A stretch of 57,591 bases of DNA, counting the filler, from Bipalium vagum (lineage: Eukaryota): NCBI GenBank assembly GCA_037834085.1. It is 3 parts of 3 records of this genome, joined end to end, with 100 filler letters (N's around TTAATTAATTAA, not from the genome) between each part and the next. Parts side by side here need not be neighbours in the genome. Positions count along the whole stretch, not along the records: positions 1 to 17,538 come from JBBMKC010061659.1; positions 17,639 to 34,217 come from JBBMKC010104374.1; 1 more part is not named here. One strand, given 5' to 3'. Below, one piece after another: positions 13,392 to 24,989 of the stretch (position 1 is its first letter; every line of letters starts with the position of its first letter). The position numbers were made by a program, and so were the translations under genes. The notes under the pieces are model-generated. The model saw only the letters and a program-made list of their open reading frames with translations, was not told where the DNA came from and ran no database searches.

Positions 13392-13919
13392 TTATTGATA
13401 CTAAAATAATTCTATAAAGTTCAGTTTTCAATGATTACTACTGTTTCATCCTATAAATAATGTAGGTCTTCATATTTTTTCTATTATTTATAAAAATTAA
13501 ATTAATTCATTAGCGGATTATTTTTTCAAATTATGCTTAATAAAATTCATTAAAGAGTTGAAGATAAATTATATTAATTAAAATATTTTCCGTTACTGTT
13601 AGGGTTTTTCTGCCATCGAGATACTCAATAATTGATTTCATTTTGGTATCAAAGAGAAACTGCAAAACATAACTTTATAAAACTATTTGGAAATGAAACG
13701 ATTTTTGGCAGGAAATATTCTCAAATGCTTTAACTAGTAATAGCCGTGTAGTGAAAGGTAAGATGATGATGATGTTCAGATGATGCAACATTTTAGTTAC
13801 TCTAAGCAAATTTACTTTGGCTTAACACTAAAGTTAAATAATGCTTTGAGATATAATACCCTCTCTTGTTTGTGAAAAACATTTTTTTCCTCCCAAACGA
13901 ATTAATACTTTTTGGTATA

Positions 13920-14965
13920 TGATCAGGTTGTCCCACATTAAAAAGCAATTTTTAAAATGTAACTAACCTAAATCAAAAAGAGTTAAGAAAAAAATTTAAT
14001 TCCTCAAAATATTTTCTATTGTTAATGAACTTCTTCCATTGAGACAATAAATCATAAATACCATTTTCATAGAAATGAGCATTTCTACGCTCAAAAAATT
14101 GAAGAATGAAATTTTGAACGTCACCTTTGTTTCGAAACATTTTATTGGTCAGAAATGTATCTATATTTTTGAACATAAGAAATTTTGATGTTACTAGGCT
14201 TGGTGAGGTAAAAGGTCTTGGTCAAATCATTCAACTTTTGTGTTGATAATCTCGAAACATGTAGTTTTGTATTAATGTGCACCAAATAGATTCTTTTCTA
14301 TTAACAAGTGCTAGTTTATATTCAGGTCACCTTTGAGACACTACTTTAATTTTTTTGCAGAATGAGTGAGGTATGAAAGACTTACCATGTTTTAAAAAGT
14401 TAAAATGAAATAATTCAGCAGCAGATCATTAAACCATGATCATTTTTTCGGTGACGCCTTTGCTTAGGCATATATTTTAATTTTCATTCACATCCAACAA
14501 TTTTGCCGATCGTAGCCAATTTTGAAAAGCTACAATTATAGACAAAATAGATCATTTCGGTTCAGAATACTTTTAGATAAAGAAGATCAAATCTCGAATC
14601 TTTTTTTCTTATATCATTTTATTTGTGTGGTATTCATTTTTACAACTTCTTTTACTTTATCTAACTCTTGAAGATGCCGGGAAATGGTTGACTTGGCGAC
14701 ATTTAATTCTTCAGTTTATTCTCTAACCAATTTTTTGTATCGCTCTTAACTACTTCTTTCAAACAGTCGTTACTTACAACTATTAGCCGGTCTTCCACAG
14801 TCAACATTTTCAAATCACAACTTTAGTTTTCTGATAATATCTTTGTGTAAATCTTTCGCTTACAGAACCGTTACACAAGGCGAAATAAATATTTCCGGTT
14901 GCTTCTGATATATTGTGATGAAGCTTGAATTCATAAAGAATGTAAAATTCAATTTTTGAATACAC
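13920..14965 (-). mobile_element. Decayed near-full-length mariner (cecropia-like N-terminus)
   Basis: N-terminus FYILYEFKLHHNISEATGNIYFALCNGSVSER. C-terminal ORF 13973-14176 has FFERRNAHFYENGIYDLLSQWKK. TIR-like TCAGGTTGTCCCACA at 13923. Confidence 0.8.
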
Positions 14966-16169
14966 ATTATATCGAAATAATAATTGATTTAAATATTAAA
15001 ATCAATACATTTCCTTATCTATATCCGGAGTAATCATTATGCTGAAAGGTTGCTGAAATTTAAATGTAAACATCAATGATATAATAAGTGCGGCCTATAC
15101 ATGACTGTGGGTTATTCAAAAAATTATTTTTTATTAGAAAAAGAGTAGTGTAGGTTTTACAAGGGCGCGGATTATAATAGAAAAAAGATGGTACACGAAC
15201 AGCAGAATTGGCACTCCAGTTTGATATATTAAAACAATTATCATAAAATTAATTGATTAACAGATCTTTGAAATAATAAACTAAACCCCGTCATTTCATG
15301 AACGAAAAACTGATGCAATAAATGTTATATTGAAATAATATAGAACGAGAACTATTTTGCATTTGAAATTAAAAATCCGCTTTTTTACATTGGAAAAGCT
15401 GATGATTAATTTTCATAGTTTGAGTTAATATTTTCTGATAGGTTCTTTGGAGTTCTAATTAAAGCATATTTATATTTTATTGCGTTGTTGTATTTAGAAC
15501 AAATATATGGTAATAGAATAAAACGTGACAGGAAATGAAAGAAATGTTTATTTAGTATATTTGAACAACTTAATAGGAATGAACCAATGTTTTTTGCAAT
15601 TTATAGTAAAAAATATTGTAAAGAGCAATGAATGAACAAGGTGTTGAGTAAAACCTGAACCGGAGAGCTTTTTTTAATTAATAACAAGTTCTTCATTTTG
15701 ACTTATCAACTTTTGATTTGTGGTATTAAAGAAGGGACAATAATTTTCCCTCAATCTAATACATAAATTTTGCTATTCAACTACTCATCTAGTCTTCAAA
15801 ATAATCAAGAAAATGTAAACTACCTGCTGGCAAAAACGATTTAGGCAAGCAATTAGAAGGTATACGAAAGGTAGACCAATACACAGGCTAAGAAAATTAA
15901 AACCAAACGATAATGGAAATAATGTTCCAAGTTAGAGTTAATGAAATAATTACCACATCTCTGATTTCAGTTTGAAGTAGTGCCTTACAAGACCATCAAC
16001 AGATATCTCTGATTTTCTAAAAATATTTGCCTCGATTTATCTATTTTCTGTTCTTAATTATTTTTCCAAACGACCCATGGATAATATTTTACTAAGGTCT
16101 GTGTATAAAAATATACCATTCAAAAAGTATAAATATTGATATGTAGAATTCCCATTAAATAATATAATA

Positions 16170-16500
16170 GGTTGATGTAGGATCCATTTGCCACATTACT
16201 TATTTTGACAATTGAATGAAATGACTTGTTATGGTCACTTTGTTGCATTTGAAATTCAGAAAGTTTTCATTTAGAATTCAATGAGGATTTGTCTCAATAA
16301 ATTCTTTTAAGTCATCCTAAACTACCATTGAAGGAGATCGTCCATGCTATTCATCTTTTATATCTACATTTTCATATTCAAATTTTTCTAACTCAACAAC
16401 TATGATGGTCATATCTCTTAAATACGATAGTCGAAACTCTTACAAAAATGTCAAGAGCTATACCAGGCTTTCCATTCAGTCTATATTTGTAATACATTTT
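16170..16500 (-). mobile_element. Mariner transposase N-terminal fragment
   Basis: EKFEYENVDIKDE*HGRSPSMVV*DDLKEFIETNPH...GKWILHQ (GRP linker and a WVPHEL-like motif). Confidence 0.65.
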
Positions 16501-17538
16501 TCATGGCTTAGATTGACATTTCTAGACGCGTTTATTATACACTTTGCAGGATATCAATGTTTGCCAATCCAATTATTATATTAATTAATTTATTTATATA
16601 TAGTTATAGCTTTGGTTCAATATGTGCTAAAATGTCAAGTGAATATTTATTCATTTAACCTAAACCAGCTTTGTGCTTTCAACTCTTTAAGAGAGAGGGT
16701 ATTGTGGGAAATTCTGGTTGCTGTCAATTTTACTTTATTCTACATTGCAGAGATTTCTGTTGAAAAATAATTCACAATCTCTTCGACAGTATCACTTGTA
16801 TTATTAAAAAGCAGCCACGAAAAAGAAGTAAGAAAATATATTATCTCATAAAATCCTTTTCTTGTGAATTCTGAGAACAATTCATGTTAGGAGCGGGATG
16901 TCCCTCGGGGCAAATGAGTGGTAAAATGGTAACCGTATTTTATATCCGATGTGGCCTTTCAATAATAAACTTGTTCATAATAACAGCAACTTTACCCATC
17001 TATCTGTCAACAGACCATTGAATGAATAAAAATCGTTTTCCCTTCAATTCTATATATTTCTCTGTCATCAGAACATCAAGAGATTTATAAATAAATAATC
17101 ATAATATTATTATTATTATATTTTAATTCTGTTTGTTTTCATATCCATTGTCATAAAGCTTTCACTATAATTTCTAAGCGTATTATTTTAATTGTTATTT
17201 AGATTTGGGTGAGAATAAATGCTATTATATTTTTATTATCAGTTTTTTTATTAATGAATGAAATAAAATATTTTATCAGTTTCGTTATTATTCATTTACC
17301 AATTTTAAAATTATTAATAATAATTAATAATTTAGTTGTATATTATCAAATAATATTTTTGATTATATCGTTTGTTTATTATTTTTTTCAATTTAAAAAA
17401 GTATTTCAAAATTTATTTTTATTTTATTTAAAATTAAAAAATTTTTTTTATTTAAAATATTTTATTTTATTTTATTAAAATATGTATATTAATGATCTGT
17501 TTCAGTTGTGTTATGACAAATATTGTTTTCAATCTGTT

Positions 17539-17638
17539 NNNNNNNNNNNNNNNNNNNNNNNNNNNNNNNNNNNNNNNNNNNNTTAATTAATTAANNNNNN
17601 NNNNNNNNNNNNNNNNNNNNNNNNNNNNNNNNNNNNNN
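17539..17638. other. 100-bp assembly spacer with an artificial TTAATTAATTAA linker
   Basis: N run with TTAATTAATTAA at 17583-17594; the same design occurs at 34218-34317. Confidence 0.95.
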
Positions 17639-17790
17639 TATCCATTTTCCTTCTTTTTGTATCTTCCCCATTGAACGCAGTCGATCGGAAATTGCTTGCT
17701 GGCTAACTTGTAATGGATCTGCAAGTTGTTGTTGAGTTTGTGTGTCTTCTTCTTTTAAAATGGATTCCAATTCATCTTCAAATTTTTTCG
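17639..17790 (-). mobile_element. Mos1-like mariner transposase fragment (second HTH)
   Basis: KKFEDELESILKEEDTQTQQQLADPLQVSQQAISDRLRSMGKIQKEGKWI. Confidence 0.9.
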
Positions 17791-18323
17791 ATAACATGAA
17801 AAATATAATTGATAAAAAAATAATAAAAATAATATAATTTTTAACATCTGTTCTTCTTAATATAATAAAATTTTAAAGATCAATGTAGAGAACACTAGAA
17901 GGGTGCTGATTTCCCCTATTAATTACCCGAGCTCTAAACAGTTGCAAACTAAGGTGAAACTTGCTTGGACACGACGATGAGCCTTGACAGAAGAACAACT
18001 CATCATAATATTCACTTACAGAAAACGCTTAACACTCTAACAATAGGTTTAAAAATAACAGCTTTTATATACTAACTGATTAATTTTTTTACCAATAAAC
18101 ATGCTAACAATAAAAAGAACTTTCTTTACTAATTTTCTAAACATTCTATTATAAAGCCTGCTGACCTCCGTGCTTCAAATGGTTTTAAAAGCCTCTTATA
18201 TTCAGGTTTACCCGGATCGCATTATCCTTAAATTGAAAAAATAAAATATCATTGATTTATTATCTTTTAGTTTATTTTTATTTTTTGGTTTTTAATGCAG
18301 TATTAATTTGCAATATTGATTAG

Positions 18324-18511
18324 GATATTAGTGATGGATATTTTCCCTCAGAACTTGAAGACAGATATCCTTCTGGTGTGCCAATCCAAGCAGTTGATCG
18401 GAGAAATATTTTCTTTGATGCCAAAGAAATTAATGTATTTCAAGGAATTGGTAAAACCCTGGGAGGATTATCAACATCTTCTAAATTATTGATCGACTCT
18501 GATAACAAAAA
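18324..18511 (+). CDS. UBXN11: UBX domain protein 11-like, penultimate exon (end of SEP domain)
   Basis: Acceptor tag at 18321-18323, then DISDGYFPSELEDRYPSGVPIQAVDRR...VFQGIGKTLGG (compare UBXN11 DILDGFFPSELQRLYPNGVP...FPGEGRVVG). The phase-2 donor gtacaa at 18512 joins in frame to the exon at 20486. Confidence 0.85.
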
Positions 18512-18690
18512 GTACAACTTTATTTTATACAGATCATAATATTTATATATTTTTTTACACTTTCAACAGAGATTTTTTGACTTATAATGTAACATTTGTT
18601 TTCATTCCCGTTAAAACGTTGAAATCTACCTCACGAAGAAATCGCCTATTCATAAATATAATGAATTTTTCTGGTTAGTTGAAAATTAAT

Positions 18691-18763
18691 CGAAAATATC
18701 GGGTTTCAAATCCGGCACTTTTCACTTGCGCATGGACTGCTCTAACCGCTGAGCTACATCCCC
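18691..18763 (-). pseudogene. Degenerate tRNA-Ala(CGC) copy or tRNA-derived SINE head
   Basis: Minus strand, 73 nt: GGGGATG TA GCTC AGCGGTTA GAGC A GTCCA TG-CGC-AA GTGAA AAGTG CCGGA TTTGAAA CCCGA TATTTTC G. The A-box and D-arm are intact. The B-box, anticodon stem and 3' acceptor strand are decayed. Confidence 0.8.
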
Positions 18764-19029
18764 CAACAAATTTTCAATTAATTTCATATTGGTAATCGAA
18801 GAAATTTATTTATGATTGGAAATTAAATTATAATTTCTCTCGTATTAATAACCTTTGAAAACTATTGAGTCAACAAGAAAGTAATTACCAATTTTACATA
18901 AAGAAATTTAACTGTATTTTAATAAAATAATGTTAAAAGATATTCGATGGATTCAAATTTCAATCAGCAAATTCATTTCTTAGATTACTTGGTTTCGTGT
19001 TATATTTTCTAGCTTTAGTATGTAAAATT

Positions 19030-19610
19030 GAAACTCGCAATTGACAGATCTTTTATTTTTTCATTATTGGAAGGGAAAAATTACGTGGCAAGCTTACAGA
19101 AAAATATGTGAAGTATATAGTGTGGATATATTTAACAAAACCAATTGTCGGAATTGGTTTGAAAAAATACGAGGGATGATTTTTCACTCAAAGATAAACA
19201 ACAATCTGACAGTTAACTAGAAGTCTATGATGACGAAAATAATAAATGAGGATCATCACAACACAACGCCTGATATTTCAAAGAAGCTAAGATGATCACT
19301 TGTAAGCATCAAAATTCATATCAGTCACAAAGAGTGCGTGAAAAAACCAGATATATTGATTCCTTACCAACTTAAAGAAAATTATATTAGACAATGCTTT
19401 GAAATCTGCAATTTTTTTTCAAACGAAACAAAAATAGGCAATGAAAAATAAAATTGTTTGTCAGACAAAGCAATAATTTTTATAATTTACATTTCACCTA
19501 ACAAAATTAAACACCAAATCCAATGAAAACGGCTAAAATTGCAAACCGTAAAGACAATGTTTTTCATCATGACAATACAAATCACACTCAACAAAGATAC
19601 ACAGTGATCA
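19030..19610 (+). mobile_element. Decayed mariner relic inside the UBXN11 intron
   Basis: LLFFHYWKGKITWQAYRKICEVYSVDIFNKTNCRNWFEK; a downstream FHHDN motif at ~19562. Confidence 0.8.
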
Positions 19611-20485
19611 AATTTTTCAATATAAAATTATTCAAATCACTGTTAAAAATTATTAATTAATTAAGTAAAAATATTAATTAACAAAAGAAAAGGAAAAAAA
19701 ACCACTCACCAACCTCTGGCGATGAGTCCCTTGGTGGTATTTATACCTTAACCTACCGACCAGGACTTGACATATCGTTAAATCATTCAAATCATCAAAA
19801 AAATAATTAATTTAAAAATAAAATGTCCTGGTACTTCCGAAGAATGGATTCTGACATCTTCTAAAGTTATAGCAAATACATTTTCCAAATCATTGACAGG
19901 ATCAATAATTATTTCCCATAATTTTCTGAAAAATATATTTCCTAAACTCTGACTCACAGTAAAAAATATACTCACAAATAATGATTTTTACTTTTTTCCT
20001 TTTTATTTTTATCCATCCGAATACTCAATTATTGGTCGATTACTAAGTAGTTTTTAATACCATTTTAACTTAAGAATGTTTTTTTAATTAATGTTTTCTT
20101 AATCTCTGACCCACATGTTCTCGGTGTCAATTTTAGGTAGTATTTTTTACAATTTTCTTAATATTAATATTAATATTATTATGTTCTTAAAAACTTGGTA
20201 AAATATTATTATTATTCAGACTCTATTATGGTCTTTTTTTAACTTAAATTTTAAACCAATACAACCTAACCATGACAGTGCCTTTGACAAACCAATTAAG
20301 TGTAAAATTAGGAAAAAAATAGTTAAAATTCCGACGTATGGACTACTCTTATCATTTATACTAAATTTTTTGATTTTTCCAATATCGAATTTTTTTCAAA
20401 TTGATTCAAAAAACACCCAATGACTTTTTAATTTTTTGAAAATTACAAATCTGTTTTCAAACATTTTCACATTGATTTTTACCAG

Positions 20486-20993
20486 GAACGACAATTACAT
20501 TCAACCATATACCGAAGTATTATCAGCAGATTCTCAATCAAAAATAACAATGCAACAATTTCTAAATAAATTGCCCCAAGCTGTAATCAACAAAGACGGT
20601 CGGATATTATCGATCAGAAATTCTATTCGTGATATTCTCGAAAATAAACCGTCAAGACCTACAGATGTATTTTCTGCTCGAATATCGACGAATGACGATT
20701 ACAAATTAGTTGAAAAGTCTTCAGATCAACAGTTGCTGGTAAACGGACCGAATGAAATGGCAAAAGTTAAAATCCGTTCTTTCAGCGGTAATAAAATATA
20801 CCGAATCGATATCAGATCAGATCAACTCTTGAAAGATCTCTATCTAAAAGTAGCAGAATTTGCGGGCTTATCATCCGAGAAATTCCTTCTTGTTCCTGCC
20901 TTTTCGTCTTCCAATAAATTGCTGGATATGAATCTCTCCATAGAAGCTTGTGGACTGGTGCCAAATGCCTCTTTGTGCATGAAATTAATTTAG
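20486..20993 (+). CDS. UBXN11: UBX domain protein 11-like, terminal exon (UBX domain)
   Basis: Acceptor ttttaccag, then ITMQQFLNKLPQAVINKDGRILSIRNSIRDIL...VKIRSFSG...SIEACGLVPNASLCMKLI* (compare UBXN11 FLNRLPKFVI...IDIRGPIRDTL...LQAAGLVPKAAL). AATAAA at ~21060. Confidence 0.88.
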
Positions 20994-21698
20994 GAAATTA
21001 CATTTCCTGTTCAGATTTTATGCAATATATTTTGTTATTTGAAAAAAGTTATCACGTTAAATAAAAAATTAGGCTATTTTATAAAAAAATTCTCCAAGGA
21101 ACTTTAGATTACATCATTGTTAAGTTAGTTTTATCCTAACCATATCTAAGGTTTCCAGTTTGGTAAAGTTAAAAATTGACTTATCCAAAGAGTAGTCGAA
21201 TTGAGAGATTGGTTAATTAAAATAAAGTTTTAAATTATAAATGCTTTTAGGCCAACTGTTATTTAATGATTTTTTATTATTTTGAATTATTATTATTCGT
21301 TCTATTGTTCACTGTTCTAAATTCAGATTAATTTTGGAACATACTTCAGTGGACATTTTTACTTTCAAGATACACCATTATGTATACTTTCATTGTTGTA
21401 AATTGAGCTAAATCACAAATAACAATCTTAAAATATTTCTCGATATTTTATGCAAATTTATATAGTTATAATTATATATCTTTATTTATTTAATATCAAC
21501 TCCTGTTTAGAATACAGTACTCTACCATTAGAAAAGTACTACTCTAGTACTTTATTATACGAACTCTTCTTAAATTATTATTAATTTTGATTTTCACATT
21601 TTACAAATCCTAATGATATATTCTTCCTAATACCTTTATGTTCATTTAAGCACATTTACAATAAATAACATTTAATATATTTATAACCTCAACTAAAA

Positions 21699-22260
21699 AT
21701 GTCAAAATTTGAAAGAAAAAATTTCCAAGAATGCTATTTTGTACTTTCATTTTAAAAAAACAGCAACAAAAAAATATTTATTGAAGCTTATGGTGAAATC
21801 CTTCCAAGTTGGCTGATAACATTGTATATAAATAACCTCGTTCTGGTGAACCGAAAATTTTCGTTCATTTATGAATAACCATGTCAATCACAACATAAAC
21901 TCGCACAATTTTTATATGTTGATATTACAACAAATTCTGTTTGGAAATATTTATAAAAATGGCAGATGGTTGCCACTTGATTATAAAGAAAGACAAGTGG
22001 TGAAAAGGAAAACATTATATGAAAAACAAGTTTATTGAACTGGAGACAAAAAAGTCTTTAATCCTAAACGAAGAAAATTACTATTTGACTCCGGACAAAA
22101 AATAAACTTTAAAACTGACGATTACAAAAATTCAGTCATTATAAAAAATCAACAATGTTCTTTTACAACTCTTATAAATAAAATTAGTTAATTTAAATAT
22201 GATCTTGATAGTAAAACTAAAATGTAAAAACCGAACCGTGAAAATTTTTTTGAACCTAAC
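21699..22260 (+). mobile_element. Heavily deleted Mos1-like mariner relic between the convergent genes
   Basis: Starts MSKFER; contains GRWLPL (a WVPHEL-like motif) at ~21962 and ETKKSFNPKRRK; TIR-like end ...TTGAACCTAA. Confidence 0.6.
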
Positions 22261-22568
22261 CAATTTTTCGTTTTTAAAATGCATATAGAAAATGAGTCAT
22301 TTTTTTCATTATATAATTAAACACTTTATCTAGCAATCTTTTATATTTGTTATCTTTTAGATTAATATATTTTTAGAAACGCTAACCATATATTTTTAGC
22401 TTTACATTGTTAAGAAATTAACCCAACTTATCATTTTTCAAATAGAATTAAAACCACAAACATTTTATTGAACTTTTAAATAGTATGACTGAAAATAGAT
22501 AAAGATAATTCCAAAAGACAAGAAAACAAATATAACTTATAATATATTTGAAAAAAAATTGTATAAAA

Positions 22569-24989
22569 TCAGTTCATTTTTTGCTTATTGTTATTATTAT
22601 TCTAAAATAATTATAATAAAAATAGACTGAAAATTGTGATTCTTAAATGCTTACTTTTTTAAACTTTTTCGTTTTGAAAGGCTGAAACTGTTTACCGGTA
22701 TGTTTGTTGTCTGAAAAGAAACATGTTAATAATGAAAATAGATAATTTCGGCATTACTTGATTTGGCTTGTTTCAATTGTTGCAAAGATGCTTCATAATC
22801 GAATGGGATAGTCGTCCGTGCCTTTTTAGCTTCCTTTGACAAATCAAGATCGTTTATTTTTCTTTTACCAGATTTATTTGCGTCGACCATTGCTTCTGAC
22901 TCCGTTTCCACCCGTTCAACGGAAATATTCTGATTTGATTCGTCAAAATGAACTATTTCAACATCATCGCAATTGTCATTTTCATCTTGATTTTCCTCCC
23001 CGTCTTCCATTTCGACCTCAGGTTCAACTGTAGAGGTTTCCAAATTTCCACCATTCACAATCTCCTCCGTCTTTTCAATTGTGTGATGTTGCAAATAGGC
23101 TCGGATGATTTTAATATCCATTGGTAACGATTTCATTTTAAATGTTCTAAAGGGAGACTCTGAAACAACTTTCATTCTTTTTTCGACTTCATGGAACGGT
23201 ACGTTTATTTCAGTTTGTTCATTTTGATCTGAATGAGCACTGATTTCACCATATTTCCTGATAAAATTTTCTTCCGTCCCCTTTATAACGACGGGTTTAG
23301 TTACAGGTTTTGGCTTTGCCAACGATTCATTATAAGCGTCCAGACAAATTTTCTGGAAATCGTACACGTACTTACGTAACAGTGGTAACTTCCAATCTTG
23401 AGAGCAACAAGCCAAAACTCCACTTGTTTCACGTGGCAATCCCTGAGCAATGGCCAACAGAATCCTATTTGGAAGAACAAAGGCTGAGCTCTCGTCTTCT
23501 TCCCGAGCGATATTGTCACGCAATTCCCACAACCGTTTCAGTGCATAAAGCTGTCGATCGTTGAAATTTTCACTCGATTTTCGATACAGTTCCATACATT
23601 CGTCCAGGTCACATTGGGGTTTGAAGTAGAGCTTGTAGCATAATTTGTGACTGGAGTCATAAACATCAGACAGTAAATTCCGATTCGACAGTTCCTGGTG
23701 CAATTTGTCATAAATGTAGAGCAGATAATGAGTGTCGGTTCGAGCATAGTCGACGAGCTCAGCGATGAGAGGTCGAATTCTCCAATCAGTCAATCGCTGG
23801 TATTCTTTATTGGCTTGGATCTTGCAGTATTTTTCCAGTAGATAACTTAGAGATTTACGTGGGAAGTTCAGAGCCTGGCAAGCGTGGCCAGTGTCGAACA
23901 TGTTGACAACGTAAACACCAAAATCGCGCTGCAGCCACATCAGATCGGAATTGGAACCGTGAAACACTTTCAGAATTTTAGGGTCGGTGAATACTTCATT
24001 CAACAGTTCTAAGTTGTCATGGAGAACAAGAGAATCGATAATAAAATCCGCTGAACGAGTTGATATTTGAATGAGGCAAGTCAAGCCGAGATAGGTTCGA
24101 ACACTATGGTGTTCTAGATCAACCGATATCTCTCTTTCCAATTTCAGATGATTTACCAACGATTGCAATTGATCAACTGTGTCCACATACCGATATTCTG
24201 TCTGCTCCAAGGGCTTAGGAAATTCCAGTTGTGGTTTCGATGTTAACTGATCTCCGGGAATGACAAAGCTGTCCAATTCTGTTTGATAAGGATGAGAGTA
24301 ATGCTCAGAATTTTCATCGTTCATTAAGCTTTTAGAAAGAGGTTCAACCGCGTTTGGTTTCATCGTTAGAATTGGGCGGAATGGTGTTTTTGAATTATCA
24401 GGTAACTTTGAAAACTTTAATTGCGGTCGTTCAATTTGAACTGATGATAAAAGCTTGATGGTCTGTTTCGGTGTCATTCTTGATTCATTTGCAGGCTTTT
24501 GGTCCTTGGACTGATATTCTACTATTACAATATCAGATTTCTTCTTTATGTCCGGGTTTTCAATTGCATTAATTACGCTATTCTAAATTAATGCAGAAAT
24601 TAATATTCGAAAACAAGTTTATTATTCATTACGCATTTGTCCAGTAGTCGATCATTAACTTCAACCAAAATATTGAACTTATCATCAAATGACTTTTTTC
24701 CCGTGCTGTCAAGTAAATTTCCTTTACCGTCTTGTTTGTCAATAAGATGTTGAATAGTATTAATAATTTTTAAAGAAAGCCCATTAAGAACTTTTTTGTA
24801 TTGGGGAAATTCGAGGAAAATATTATCTTCTGAATTACCTTTAACCGGTAGGTCTAAAGAATTTTTTAAGCATATGGTTAAATTTCTGACAGTATTCTGA
24901 AAGGAAGGAAAGATATAAATAGATTGAAAATGAATTATTAATTAAACCTTCATGAAATCATTTATAGATAAATTATTATCAGCCATCAT
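22569..24989 (-). CDS. EXOSC10: Exosome component 10 / Rrp6 3'-5' exoribonuclease, ~739 aa. Exons 24989-24948, 24896-24633, 24582-22758, 22710-22655, 22601-22569
   Basis: PMC2NT-like region (FNILVEVNDRLLD); HPYQTEL; exonuclease motifs VDLEHHS, HGSNSDLMWLQRDF, DWRIRPL and YARTDTHYLLYIYD; HRDC domain (LRDNIAREEDESSAFVLPN); C-terminal PFDY. Four GT-AG introns of 51, 50, 47 and 53 bp give a continuous 2220-bp frame. Confidence 0.95.

Noticed and set aside
17583-17594. TTAATTAATTAA embedded in Ns (also 34262-34273) as a biological motif
   Set aside because: It is an identical 12-mer centred in exactly 100-bp N spacers and gives stops in all frames, so it is an assembly linker.
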